Below, piece by piece: positions 10,202 through 20,741 of a DNA stretch of 64,000 bases (the first letter of the stretch is position 1; each line of letters opens with the position of its first letter). Source of the stretch: an uncultured Sphingobacteriaceae bacterium (GTDB taxonomy: Bacteria > Bacteroidota > Bacteroidia > Sphingobacteriales > Sphingobacteriaceae); the NCBI GenBank assembly GCA_964454645.1, contig CAYVTM010000004.1, positions 130,165 through 194,164 on the forward strand, given 5' to 3'. Position numbers and translations under genes: made by a program. The notes under the pieces were generated by a model. That model saw only the letters and a list, made by a program, of their open reading frames with translations, was not told the origin of the DNA and did not search any database.

Positions 10202-10774
10202 TTACAATCCGGTATTGTGTCTGAATAATTTTACTGCAATCGCTAACAGAATAATTCCGAATGCTTTCCGTAAAATGTTGAGCCCTACCTTACCTAAGAG
10301 ACGTTCGATATGCAATGTGTTTTTAAGTACAATATAAACGAAGAGCATATTCAGGCAAATACCAATGACGATATTTTGGGTTTGATATTCACTTTTTAAG
10401 GAGAGCAGGGTAGTCATGGTGCCCGCACCTGCAATAATCGGGAATGCCAGAGGAATGATCGATACCGACTCGGGAATTTCTTCTTTGAAAAGGTTAATGC
10501 CTAATATCATTTCTATAGCGATAATAAAAATCACGAAAGAGCCCGCAATAGCGAAGGATGAAATATCTAACCCGAGCAGGTTTAAGAGTTTCTCTCCCAC
10601 AAACAGAAATAAGATCATTAAGATTAGGGAAACGATCGTTGCTTTTTCCGATTGGATATGCCCTGCTTTGGTACGTAACTGAACGACTACGGGTATGGCA
10701 CCTAAAATATCAATGATGGCAAATAAAACCATCGTTACTGAAATTATTTCCTGAAGATTGAAAAATCCTGTCAT
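10202..10774 (-). CDS. MarC family (UPF0056) integral membrane protein
   Basis: 190 aa with 6 TM segments. Size and hydrophobic pattern are typical of MarC-family proteins. Confidence 0.7.
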   Translation of the reverse strand: MTGFFNLQEIISVTMVLFAIIDILGAIPVVVQLRTKAGHIQSEKATIVSLILMILFLFVGEKLLNLLGLDISSFAIAGSFVIFIIAIEMILGINLFKEEIPESVSIIPLAFPIIAGAGTMTTLLSLKSEYQTQNIVIGICLNMLFVYIVLKNTLHIERLLGKVGLNILRKAFGIILLAIAVKLFRHNTGL

Positions 10775-10835
10775 AAGAATAAATATAATAAATCTTTTGG
10801 GTTATAAGATATACGGCTTGAAGCGCTACAAAAAT

Positions 10836-10863
10836 AAAAAAGGTTTCTTATGAAACCTTTTTT
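10836..10863 (-). terminator. rho-independent terminator after the amino-acid permease gene
   Basis: Stem AAAAAGGTTTC / GAAACCTTTTT with loop TTAT. There is an A-run on the + strand, which is a T-run on the - strand. Confidence 0.65.
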
Positions 10864-10878
10864 ATTTTATCAGGAGAA

Positions 10879-12330
10879 TTAAGATTTATGATTTTTTCGG
10901 ACGATACTGTGTTTTTTACTATACCCGAAGTATATCGCAATACCTATTCCCATCCATATCAATAAACGCACCCAGCTTTCGGTAGGTAAGGAATACATCA
11001 GATACAAACATACTAAAACACCCATAACAGGTACAAAAGGTACCAGTGGTGTACGGAAAGGACGATGTAACTCGGGACGTGTTTTACGCATCACTAAAAT
11101 TCCGATACATACCAATACAAATGCGAACAAGGTTCCTATACTCACCATGTGACCCAGGTCGGAAACCGGTACGAAGCCTGCAAACAAACTTACAAAACCC
11201 ATGAAGAAAATATTGGTTTTCCAGGGAGTAGAATATTTTGAATGGATATCACTGAAAAATTTAGGTAGTAAGCCATCTTTCGACATAGAATAAAATACAC
11301 GCGACTGACCCATCAGCATTACCAGAATTACCGAAGTGTAACCGAAAAGTATTGCAAGTATTAAAGCATCTTGCAAAAATGTATATCCGGTAACAGCGAA
11401 TGCGGTAGCAGCGGGTTTCGCATCATTTGCAAATTCATGATAAGGAACAAGCCCGGTCATGACATGTGCAAAGAGCACATATAAAAGGGTACATACAACT
11501 AAAGAACCTAAGATTCCGATAGGCATGCCTTTCTTCGGATTCTTCGCTTCCTGCGCAGCAGTTGAAACTGCATCAAAACCAATGAAGGCAAAGAATACGA
11601 CTGCGGCTCCTGTTGCGATACCTGTCCAACCGAAGTTTTCATAAGCCCCGGTATTTTCAGGAATATAAGGAACATAATTTTCAGGATTAATAAAACCCCA
11701 TCCCAAAGTGATGAACAGAAGCACGACAGAAACTTTTAAAATCACAAGGATATTATTCATGGTAGCCGATTCTTTGGTACCTCTGATTAATAGGGTAGAT
11801 AGCAGAAGTACAATAATGATTGCGGGAAGATTGATGATCCCTCCGTCTATAATGGTACCATCTCCCAATTTTAATGTTTCCCAGGGAGATACAATCAGTT
11901 GATGAGGCAAATGAATATTATATTTATGTAAAATCTCGAGTAAATAACGCGACCAGCTTACAGAAACCGTAGCGGCACCCAATGCATATTCCAATACCAG
12001 GTCCCATCCGATAATCCATGCCATAAATTCTCCCATAGTTGCATAAGAGTAGGTATAAGCGCTACCGGCTACCGGTATCATTGATGCGAATTCGGCATAG
12101 CATAATCCTGCAAATCCGCAGGCTACAGCTGCCAATACAAATGAAATGGTTACAGCGGGTCCGGCGTTCTCAGCAGCAGCAATCCCGGTAAGCGAAAATA
12201 ATCCGGCACCAATAATGGCCCCGATTCCTAAAGCTACAAGGTTCCAACTTCCCAGTGTACGTTTTAGTGTTCCTGCACCTGTTTCTGAAGATTCTTTCAT
12301 CAGCACGTCCAGGGATTTGACAAATTTCAT
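10879..12330 (-). CDS. APC-superfamily amino-acid permease (cationic amino-acid transporter type)
   Basis: About 12-14 TM helices. The N-terminus LKRTLGSWNLVALGIGAIIGAGLF is typical of APC/CAT permeases. ATG 12330 (MKFVKSL...) is preferred over TTG 12375. Confidence 0.8.
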   Translation of the reverse strand: MKFVKSLDVLMKESSETGAGTLKRTLGSWNLVALGIGAIIGAGLFSLTGIAAAENAGPAVTISFVLAAVACGFAGLCYAEFASMIPVAGSAYTYSYATMGEFMAWIIGWDLVLEYALGAATVSVSWSRYLLEILHKYNIHLPHQLIVSPWETLKLGDGTIIDGGIINLPAIIIVLLLSTLLIRGTKESATMNNILVILKVSVVLLFITLGWGFINPENYVPYIPENTGAYENFGWTGIATGAAVVFFAFIGFDAVSTAAQEAKNPKKGMPIGILGSLVVCTLLYVLFAHVMTGLVPYHEFANDAKPAATAFAVTGYTFLQDALILAILFGYTSVILVMLMGQSRVFYSMSKDGLLPKFFSDIHSKYSTPWKTNIFFMGFVSLFAGFVPVSDLGHMVSIGTLFAFVLVCIGILVMRKTRPELHRPFRTPLVPFVPVMGVLVCLYLMYSLPTESWVRLLIWMGIGIAIYFGYSKKHSIVRKNHKS

Positions 12331-12399
12331 AATGCGTTTGAATTTAGTTTGATTTAAAATTGCTTGTATTTCCAAACCTAAATAAATTTATGGAAAATA

Positions 12400-12434
12400 A
12401 AAAAGGGAAATTCTGTTTAGAATTTCCCTTTTTT
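12400..12434 (-). terminator. rho-independent terminator after hppA
   Basis: Stem GGGAAATTC / GAATTTCCC with a 6-nt loop, flanked by A5 and T6 runs, 18 nt beyond the hppA stop. Confidence 0.7.
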
Positions 12435-12451
12435 ATAATACTTCCGGATGC

Positions 12452-14710
12452 TTATTGCATTACCGTATCTGTTTCAGCAAAGATGGTATCTGTTAATGTA
12501 GTGCCATCTTCCATAGTATGTTGTTGAATATGCACTTCTTGTTTGATCTCCATTTTCGGTTCATCAATATGAACACCTTCAGAAATATGTGGTGCAATAA
12601 TTAAGGAGACTATCGACATTAATTTAATTAAGATGTTCATAGAAGGACCTGAGGTATCTTTGAATGGATCTCCAACGGTATCGCCGGTTACAGATGCTTT
12701 ATGAGGCTCTGATTTTTTATAGAACATCTCTCCGTTTATCTCAACACCTTTCTCGAAAGATTTTTTTGCATTATCCCAAGCACCGCCGGCATTCGATTGG
12801 AACATTCCCATCAATACACCCGAAACAGTAACTCCGGCTAATAAACCTCCCAACACTTCCGGTCCGAAAGTGAACCCTACCAATAAAGGAACAATCAGAG
12901 CAATAGCGCCCGGTAGCATCATTTCACGTAAGGAAGCTTTGGTAGAAATAGCAACGCATTTCTCATATTCGGGTTTTGCTTTGTATTCCATAATGCCCGG
13001 TATTTCACGGAACTGGCGACGTACTTCCTGCACCATATCCATTGCTGCCCGACCTACTGCAGAGATACATAATGCCGAGAAGATGAAAGGAATCATCCCT
13101 CCGATAAAGAGGCCGGCTAATACATCGGCTTTGTAAATATCAATTTGGTCGATACCTGCAATACCTACGAATGCGGCGAATAACGCTAATGAAGTTAAAG
13201 CCGCTGAAGCAATTGCAAAACCTTTACCGGTTGCTGCGGTAGTATTTCCTACAGCATCTAAGTTATCGGTACGGTTACGTACTTCTTCAGGTAACTGACT
13301 CATTTCGGCAATACCACCTGCATTATCGGCGATCGGTCCGAATGCATCAATTGCTAACTGCATAGCGGTTGTCGCCATCATTCCTGCGGCTGCAATTGCA
13401 ACCCCATATAATCCGGCAAAATGATAAGAACCATAAATTCCGGCTGCTAAAACAATGGTTGGCAATACTGTCGATTCCATACCCACCGATAAACCACCGA
13501 TGATATTTGTTGCATGTCCGGTTGAGGATTGTTTAATAATGGAAAGCACCGGGCGTTTACCCATAGCTGTATAATATTCGGTAATGATACTCATTAATGC
13601 GCCAACGATGAGCCCTACCATAATGGATAGGAATACATCGGTTGAAGTAAATGCAAAACCACGGATCTCCATAGTAGCAGGCAATAGCCATTTTACTGCA
13701 CAGAATGAAGCAATAGCTGTTAGAATAATTGAGGACCAGTTCCCCATGTTTAAGGCATTTTGAACACTGGAGTTTTCATTTTTAATTTTCACAAACCAGG
13801 TTCCTACAATCGAGAAGATTAATCCCAGACCGGCAATCAACATCGGTAATAAAATAGGCGCGATTCCCCCGAAGTTATCTCCGTCCGATACTACCTCTCT
13901 ACCCAATACCATCGTTGCCAAAATCGTCGCTACATAAGAACCGAATAAATCAGCTCCCATACCTGCAACGTCACCTACGTTATCCCCTACGTTATCGGCA
14001 ATGGTAGCCGGGTTGCGTACATCATCCTCCGGGATACCTGCTTCCACTTTACCTACCAAGTCGGCACCTACGTCGGCTGCTTTGGTGTAAATACCACCCC
14101 CTACACGGGCGAATAAAGCGATAGACTCGGCTCCTAAGGAGAATCCTGCCAATACTTCCAACGCTTTAATCATATTTGCACCATTTACGGATCCGCCTGT
14201 TCCGCTTACGTACATTTGATAAAACACGATGAACAAGGAACCTAAGCCTAAAACCGCTAAGCCCGCAACACCCAGACCCATTACAGATCCTCCGGTAAAC
14301 GAAACTTTAAGCGCTTTGGCTAAACTGGTACGTGCTGCTTGTGTGGTACGAACATTCGCTTTAGTTGCGATACGCATACCGATATATCCCGCTACTGCAG
14401 AAAATATAGCCCCGATTATAAAGGCTACTGCAATTAACGGACTTGAATGAATAGGAGCTTCGGGAGTCCCTTTCATTGTTCCTGACCAGGCTAATAAGAT
14501 AGATGCGATAACTACGAAATAAGATAAAATTTTCCATTCTGCTTTTAAGAATGCCATTGCTCCTTTAGCAATATAGCCCGCTAACTCCTGCATATTAGCA
14601 TCGCCGGCATCTTGTTTAGAGACCCATGCCGATTTGATGAACGTGAAAATCAAACCCACTATACCAAATAGGGGTATTAGATAAATTAAATTGTTTTGTA
14701 GAAACTCCAT
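12452..14710 (-). CDS. hppA: membrane-bound cation-translocating pyrophosphatase (K+-dependent type)
   Basis: 752 aa and highly hydrophobic. Conserved motifs GGGIYTKAADVGADLVGKVE, DNVGDNVGDVAGMGADLF and DAVGNTTAATGKGFAI. The GNTTAA (Ala rather than Lys) form marks the K+-dependent subfamily. Confidence 0.92.
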   Translation of the reverse strand: MEFLQNNLIYLIPLFGIVGLIFTFIKSAWVSKQDAGDANMQELAGYIAKGAMAFLKAEWKILSYFVVIASILLAWSGTMKGTPEAPIHSSPLIAVAFIIGAIFSAVAGYIGMRIATKANVRTTQAARTSLAKALKVSFTGGSVMGLGVAGLAVLGLGSLFIVFYQMYVSGTGGSVNGANMIKALEVLAGFSLGAESIALFARVGGGIYTKAADVGADLVGKVEAGIPEDDVRNPATIADNVGDNVGDVAGMGADLFGSYVATILATMVLGREVVSDGDNFGGIAPILLPMLIAGLGLIFSIVGTWFVKIKNENSSVQNALNMGNWSSIILTAIASFCAVKWLLPATMEIRGFAFTSTDVFLSIMVGLIVGALMSIITEYYTAMGKRPVLSIIKQSSTGHATNIIGGLSVGMESTVLPTIVLAAGIYGSYHFAGLYGVAIAAAGMMATTAMQLAIDAFGPIADNAGGIAEMSQLPEEVRNRTDNLDAVGNTTAATGKGFAIASAALTSLALFAAFVGIAGIDQIDIYKADVLAGLFIGGMIPFIFSALCISAVGRAAMDMVQEVRRQFREIPGIMEYKAKPEYEKCVAISTKASLREMMLPGAIALIVPLLVGFTFGPEVLGGLLAGVTVSGVLMGMFQSNAGGAWDNAKKSFEKGVEINGEMFYKKSEPHKASVTGDTVGDPFKDTSGPSMNILIKLMSIVSLIIAPHISEGVHIDEPKMEIKQEVHIQQHTMEDGTTLTDTIFAETDTVMQ

Positions 14711-14903
14711 GTCGTATTCTTTTTTTACAAATTAGGTTATATATAAATAGGCTTGCAAAGTAAAGGCTTTACAAGGAAATATCAAACTTAGAATTGACAA
14801 TTATAGAAATAATCAATGGGATATTTCGATTCAAGCAAAATTTGATTAAATTAGGGTGTGCATTTCCTTGATACTAAATTCGTTAACCCAAACTTTAAAA
14901 ATT

Positions 14904-15335
14904 ATGCGTAAAGTCAGAGACATTTTAAAACATAAACCCGAAGTGGTTTATTTCCTCGAACCGGATACTGCTGTATTCAAAGCTCTGGAATTATTGGTTG
15001 AAAAGAATATTGGGGCTTTAGTAGTTAAGCAATCGGATAAAATTTTAGGAATTTTTACTGAACGTGATTATGCCCGTAAAGTAGTGTTGAAAGGGAAGAG
15101 TTCGAAAGATATATCGGTAGGTGAGATTATGACGGAGAACCCCAATGTTGTTACTCCCGATGAAACGATCGAATGTTGCATGAATTTGATGGCAGATAAA
15201 TCGATTCGATATTTGTTGGTTGTTGAGCATGGGAAATTGATGGGTATTCTTTCTATCGGAGATTTGGTGAAAAGTATTATTGCCGATCAGGAAAATACAA
15301 TCAACAATTTACATAAATATATTTCGGGAAGTTAA
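14904..15335 (+). CDS. CBS domain pair protein
   Basis: 143 aa from ATG 14904 (MRKVRDILK) with two CBS repeats (...ALELLVEKNIGALVV..., ...MADKSIRYLLVVEHGKLMGILSIGDL...). Confidence 0.8.
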   Translation: MRKVRDILKHKPEVVYFLEPDTAVFKALELLVEKNIGALVVKQSDKILGIFTERDYARKVVLKGKSSKDISVGEIMTENPNVVTPDETIECCMNLMADKSIRYLLVVEHGKLMGILSIGDLVKSIIADQENTINNLHKYISGS

Positions 15336-15346
15336 TTCCTCAGGAG

Positions 15347-15994
15347 TTATTTAACCAATTTATCTGCAAAAACTGTTCTAAACTTCTCTAATTTAGGGGC
15401 AATAACGAATTGGCAATAAGGTTGATCGCCGTTCAGGTCAAAGTAGTCTTGATGATAGTCTTCTGCAAGGTAAAAAACGCTTGCCTGACTTATCTCGGTT
15501 ACAATCGGGCCGTGAAAAACTTTGTTAGCTTCCAGTTCATTCTTATAGAATGTTGCCAGTTCTTTCTGAGATTCATTATGATAAAAAACAGCGGAACGAT
15601 ATTGTGTTCCACGGTCGGCGCCTTGTTGGTTTAAGGTTGTAGGGTCATGACTCATCCAAAAAGCTTCCAGTAATTCCTTATACGATATTACCTGCGGATC
15701 GAAATCTATCTGACAAACTTCCGCATGTCCCGTTAATCCGCTGCATACTTCTTTATAGGTCGGGTTTTTAACAGAGCCACCCATATAGCCCGAGCGCGCT
15801 TCTTTTACGCCTTCCAATTGCTGGAAGATGGCTTCCACGCACCAAAAACAACCGGCTCCGAATGTGGCTGTTTGAATAGTTGAATCATTCATACTTTGTA
15901 ATTTTGAGGGTATCTCCTGCCGGTCTGCATTCCCGTCTTTACAAGCAAACATCAGTAGCATAATACCGGAAAGAAAGATTGGCCTTGCATACAT
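15347..15994 (-). CDS. msrA: peptide-methionine (S)-S-oxide reductase, exported/lipoprotein form
   Basis: MsrA active-site motif GAGCFWC and GYMGG...NPTY...GHAEV, with an N-terminal signal/lipobox (...LMFAC). Confidence 0.9.
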   Translation of the reverse strand: MYARPIFLSGIMLLMFACKDGNADRQEIPSKLQSMNDSTIQTATFGAGCFWCVEAIFQQLEGVKEARSGYMGGSVKNPTYKEVCSGLTGHAEVCQIDFDPQVISYKELLEAFWMSHDPTTLNQQGADRGTQYRSAVFYHNESQKELATFYKNELEANKVFHGPIVTEISQASVFYLAEDYHQDYFDLNGDQPYCQFVIAPKLEKFRTVFADKLVK

Positions 15995-16040
15995 CTTATA
16001 TAAACGATAATAGGAAGATTTGGTTTTACAAGCCTAATGA

Positions 16041-16346
16041 TTAATCATTTTGTCTGCTAAGTTTTTTAATCAAACGGTGCCCCATTTCATCGCTGTAAAT
16101 ACCATAAGCATTCACTAATACTCCCTTTATGCCATGATGCGATTCGATGGCGTACAGAATCGTATTATCCGATGGGTCATTCATCCCTTCGAAACGATGT
16201 ATCTCTGTTATCTCGAACTCATCAGGATCTAAAGAAGTTTGTGTGGCACCACAATAAATACAATCCTTGTTAATGTTAAAATCGGTGGTATATCCGCGTT
16301 TACGAAGATCATTAAGTGCTTCTACTAAGGTTGAATAGGCATGCAT
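16041..16346 (-). CDS. conserved hypothetical protein (101 aa)
   Basis: Clean ORF with local coding-like composition. I recall this small family from Bacteroidota genomes, but no function is known. Confidence 0.5.
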   Translation of the reverse strand: MHAYSTLVEALNDLRKRGYTTDFNINKDCIYCGATQTSLDPDEFEITEIHRFEGMNDPSDNTILYAIESHHGIKGVLVNAYGIYSDEMGHRLIKKLSRQND

Positions 16347-16687
16347 AATACTTGTTTTATTTTAAGAATAACCCGTTCTAAACGGATTATAAATATAAGA
16401 AAATTTATGAGAATAATCCCGAATTATGAATATTCGGATTTTAGTTATATCATTCTTAGCATCAATAGTTTTATCCATCATTATTTTTAATTCTACCGGT
16501 ACAGCTTGCCCGATGTTAAATTTGTTTTTGTTTGAGCATTCATTTTTTAATACATATTAAAACCCGGTACTGTTTACGATAAATCTGAATTTTATGCATT
16601 TATCGGAGATAAAGAAATATTTTATTTGAATCTGATTAATAATCACTTATTTTAGAGGTGTATCTATAAAAAACACCCATCCACATA

Positions 16688-19600
16688 ATGGATCAGAATA
16701 CATTCCGGAATATCTGTGATTTGAGCAATGATTTAATTCTAATTATTGATAAAGAACAGCGTTGTACATACTTCAACAAGGCTTATGCCGATTTTATTGC
16801 AGAGTATTTGGGGAGTGAGGTTCAAGAGGGAGACAGCATCAATGCAATTACGCAAATTTATCCCGAATACAATCATACTTTTCAGGAGTATTTCGAGCGG
16901 GCTTTACAGGGTGAAGTATTTGAAATAAAGGAGCCGGAAATTCTGAACGGGGGTCGCCGCATTCAGTTCAGGATTAAATATTGTCCGAGTATAAATAATA
17001 AGGCGGAGAGAGAGGGAGTCGTACTTGTATTAACACCTGTCTATGATTCCCGCGACCTTGAAGAGAAACTGAACGAACGTAATCTGTATCTTGAGAATGT
17101 TTTACGTGCTTTGGATTCGAGTGCCATGGTTTCGATCACCGATTTGTCAGGGAAAATTCTATCCGTAAATGAATTGTTTGGCAAGAAAAGTGAATATTCG
17201 AAAGATGAATTGATAGGCCAGTCGCACGAACTGTTGTATGCTCTTGAAGATATGCTTGAGGATTTGGAGGAGATGAGGAGGACAGTCGCAGAAAAACATA
17301 TTTGGCAAAAAGAAATGAAGATGATTGCCAAAAGCGGTTGCGTGTTTTGGACCGATACTACGGTAAAGCCGATTCTGGATGAATTCGGAAATATTGTTAA
17401 ATATATCTCTATCCGATATGATATTACAGAAAAAAAAGCAGCTCTGGAACAGCTTGTAGAAGCGGAACAACGTTGGAGCTACGCCCTGACGGGTAACCAG
17501 GATGGGGTATGGGATTGGGACTGCAATAATCAGAAAATATATTATACCCCGCAATGGAAAAAGTTATTGGGTTACGATGATCATGAACTTGAAAACAGAT
17601 TAGATCTTTGGTCAGAATTAGTACATCCCGATGATAAAGAATTTTCGGATCAGGCTATAAAAAAACATCTGCTTGGAGTTTCCGACTATTATTTAAATGA
17701 ATACCGTTTACGTTGTAAAGATGGCTCATATATATGGGTGCTTGATAGGGGAAAAATTGTAGAACGTAATACCGATGGGAGTCCTAAGCGTATCGTTGGG
17801 ACGCATACAGATATCAGCAGACAAAAATTACAGGAAAGGATTATCAAAGATAATGAAACCCTACTCAATCAGTTTTTGGAGAATCTACCCATTGGAGTAA
17901 GTATTTTTGATAAAGAGGGTAATTGTCTGCGCAATAATAAAGCGGTTGGAAAAGTATTCGGGATAAAAGACTATAACCGTGCTGTTGGTAATTTTAATAT
18001 TTATCAGCAGGAGAAATACAGTGACAGTAATTTTACTATTGCATACAAAAAATGTATGGAAACCAGGGAGCCGGTACATACGATGGAGCAGATCATTACA
18101 ATTGAAGATGATAATGAGTGGCAAATCGAAAAACAGGTTATTTATGTCGACTTAACATTCTTCCCGGTTCTGGATGATACCAATCATGTAAAATTTATTT
18201 ATGGTTTGTACGAAGATATCACGGAGCAGGAGTTAGCTAAAATTGAATTGGAAAAAAGTACTGCCTTACTAACAGAAACGGGTGCATTGGCTAAAATTGC
18301 CGGTTGGGAAATTATGGTGGATAAGGATCCGTATGAGCTGAATTGTTCGGATGAATTATATTCAATTACCGAGATTGATTCGAGGCATGAAGTTAGTATT
18401 GAGAATGTATTACGTTTATTTCCCGATCAATATTCGGAAATGCTGAATGAAGCCCTGAAGCAATGTATAACTGATAGAGAACCTTTCGATTTCGAGTTAC
18501 CAATGCGCAGTTATAAAGGAAAAAATATTATGACGCGGGTAATGGGGAATGCAGAAAGTAAATCGGGTAAAGTGTTTCGGGTACACGGAGTTATTCAGGA
18601 TATGACCGAATTATATACCATACGTAAAGAGCTATCGAAAAATACCGATCTGATGCATGTTCTTTTCGATTCGACTGATATGGGATATATGGCATTCGAT
18701 AAAAAGAAGGTATGCAATTTTGTGAATAAACGTGTAGAAGAAGTGTTTGAAGGAATAGATTTTATCGGTAAGCCCATTTACGATATTTTTCCTGAAATAT
18801 ATGGATCGGAAGTTGAACGCAAATTTGATGAAGTGCTCGAGACTAATGAACCACAATCGTTCGAGGATAGTTTACCCTTCTTAGAAGGACGTTACGAGTT
18901 TATAATTAATCCTATTGGAAATAATGAAGCAGGTGTGTTTATACGAGATATTACTGTACGGTATGAAATGCAGAAAGAGCTTAATCTTGCCAATAAACAA
19001 TTACAGGAAATTAATGAATCCCTTTCCTATCAAAATAAACAACTCGAAGAGTTTACTCAAATTGTATCTCATAATTTGCGTTCTCCGGTAGCTAACCTGA
19101 ATGCTCTGATTAATTTGTATGAGCAGACGGAAGATGATATCGAACGAAGTAATTATATTCAAATGCTTCGGGAAGTTATTGTCAGTGCAACAAATACATT
19201 AAATGAATTGATCGAAGTGATACAAGTGAAGAAGGAAGTAGATAAAGTAAGAGAATTAATCTTCTTTTCAGATTCGCTAAACAAAATACAGGAGTTGTTA
19301 CGTGCAGATATAGAAAATTTAGAAGTGAAAATTATTGCCGATTTCTCATCTGTTCCAAGTATTTCGTATCCTAAGATCTACTTAGAAAGTATTATGCAAA
19401 ATTTGCTTACAAATGCTATTAAATATAAGAATCCCGATACTAAACCGATAATTTATGTAGAAAGTTATTTAGAAGATAATAAGATTAAGCTAAGAGTAAA
19501 GGATAATGGTTTAGGAATAGATTTGAAGCGTAATGGTGCTAAGATCTTTGGATTTAGAAAGACTTTTCATAAACATCCCGATGCGAAAGGATTAGGTTTG

Positions 19601-19693
19601 TTTATTACACGCAATCAAATTGAAACAATGGGAGGGAAAATTGATGTGGAAAGTGAACCCGGTATAGGAACAATATTTACAATAGAATTTTAA
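16688..19693 (+). CDS. multi-PAS sensor histidine kinase (cytoplasmic)
   Basis: 1001 aa with no TM segments and several PAS/PAC-like repeats (e.g. WDWDCNNQKIYYTPQWKKLLGY, RIVGTHTDISRQK). H-box FTQIVSHNLRSPVANL, N-box LLTNAIKY, G-boxes DNGLGID and GLGLFI. Confidence 0.85.
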   Translation: MDQNTFRNICDLSNDLILIIDKEQRCTYFNKAYADFIAEYLGSEVQEGDSINAITQIYPEYNHTFQEYFERALQGEVFEIKEPEILNGGRRIQFRIKYCPSINNKAEREGVVLVLTPVYDSRDLEEKLNERNLYLENVLRALDSSAMVSITDLSGKILSVNELFGKKSEYSKDELIGQSHELLYALEDMLEDLEEMRRTVAEKHIWQKEMKMIAKSGCVFWTDTTVKPILDEFGNIVKYISIRYDITEKKAALEQLVEAEQRWSYALTGNQDGVWDWDCNNQKIYYTPQWKKLLGYDDHELENRLDLWSELVHPDDKEFSDQAIKKHLLGVSDYYLNEYRLRCKDGSYIWVLDRGKIVERNTDGSPKRIVGTHTDISRQKLQERIIKDNETLLNQFLENLPIGVSIFDKEGNCLRNNKAVGKVFGIKDYNRAVGNFNIYQQEKYSDSNFTIAYKKCMETREPVHTMEQIITIEDDNEWQIEKQVIYVDLTFFPVLDDTNHVKFIYGLYEDITEQELAKIELEKSTALLTETGALAKIAGWEIMVDKDPYELNCSDELYSITEIDSRHEVSIENVLRLFPDQYSEMLNEALKQCITDREPFDFELPMRSYKGKNIMTRVMGNAESKSGKVFRVHGVIQDMTELYTIRKELSKNTDLMHVLFDSTDMGYMAFDKKKVCNFVNKRVEEVFEGIDFIGKPIYDIFPEIYGSEVERKFDEVLETNEPQSFEDSLPFLEGRYEFIINPIGNNEAGVFIRDITVRYEMQKELNLANKQLQEINESLSYQNKQLEEFTQIVSHNLRSPVANLNALINLYEQTEDDIERSNYIQMLREVIVSATNTLNELIEVIQVKKEVDKVRELIFFSDSLNKIQELLRADIENLEVKIIADFSSVPSISYPKIYLESIMQNLLTNAIKYKNPDTKPIIYVESYLEDNKIKLRVKDNGLGIDLKRNGAKIFGFRKTFHKHPDAKGLGLFITRNQIETMGGKIDVESEPGIGTIFTIEF

Positions 19694-19696
19694 GAA

Positions 19697-20080
19697 ATGA
19701 ATGAGATGATCTTTGTAATCGATGATGATCCTATTCATCAGAAAATTGTAGAAATAAAGTTTCGTAAACGGGGTTATACCGGAATTATCAAAAATTTTCT
19801 GGAAGCGGAAGAAGCCTTAGCTCTTTTGATCGAAAAAAGTAACTCCCCCGATGATATTCCCGATACTATTTTATTGGATATTAATATGCCGGTAATGGAT
19901 GGTTGGGATTTTCTGAATGAGTATTTAAAAATTCAACACAACATCCGGAAAGCCATAAAAATATTCGTCGTTACCTCTTCCGTCGATACCAAGGATCGTG
20001 AAATAGCCGAGCGTTACAATTGCATCGAAGGATATATTACCAAGCCCATTCCTGAAGAATTTATCAGTCTTCTTTCCTGA
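19697..20080 (+). CDS. stand-alone response-regulator receiver domain
   Basis: 127 aa with DDD...LLDINMPVMDG...VVTSS...K receiver motifs. Starts 3 nt after the kinase stop. Confidence 0.85.
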   Translation: MNEMIFVIDDDPIHQKIVEIKFRKRGYTGIIKNFLEAEEALALLIEKSNSPDDIPDTILLDINMPVMDGWDFLNEYLKIQHNIRKAIKIFVVTSSVDTKDREIAERYNCIEGYITKPIPEEFISLLS

Positions 20081-20099
20081 AAAAAAAATACCTGAATAG

Positions 20100-20666
20100 T
20101 TATTCGGAAAGTGTAAACAGTTTTCCGTCTTTATACGACATGCGGAAAATACCCTTTTCGAGATTATAGAAAAAGCGGTGCAGGGAAGTACTATCTGTTA
20201 AAACGGAATCTGTCTGAATTACATAAACATTGAAATAGGGCCCGCCACCTTTTGCGAAAAGAGTGTCGATGTATGTTACGTGTACGCTATCGTCCAGATA
20301 ATAATCATAGCCTGCATAACTGATATAGTTTTGTAAGCCCTTTTCCCGGTTATCTTTTTTAATAGAAATCCGGAAAAAGTAATCGCTGCTATCCTTCGGG
20401 TCGGAAAGGTCGATAGAAGCGTAGGCAGGGTAATATACATCACATATCAGTGGGTCCTCTTGAATAGAAGGCTTGTTCCCTATAAACCTGTCATGTGTGA
20501 TCAGTTGAAGAGAGTCGCCCTCTAAGCTGGAATAGAGAAGAATGCTTCCTTCATTATATACCAATCCTCCTGTTTCTGGTTCCGAAAAGACTTCATACGT
20601 TTTGGTAACCTGACAACATGCAGATAATAAGATACTTATAGATAGAATATAGGTGCCTTTGGGCAT
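20100..20666 (-). CDS. hypothetical lipoprotein
   Basis: 188 aa with signal peptide and lipobox-like ...ILLSAC. No recognisable domain. Confidence 0.5.
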   Translation of the reverse strand: MPKGTYILSISILLSACCQVTKTYEVFSEPETGGLVYNEGSILLYSSLEGDSLQLITHDRFIGNKPSIQEDPLICDVYYPAYASIDLSDPKDSSDYFFRISIKKDNREKGLQNYISYAGYDYYLDDSVHVTYIDTLFAKGGGPYFNVYVIQTDSVLTDSTSLHRFFYNLEKGIFRMSYKDGKLFTLSE

Positions 20667-20741
20667 TATAAAAAGTTTAGTACAGCAAAGGTACTAATAT
20701 TTTTATAATGGCTGCAAATCAATGTATTGTATATTTTTTGA

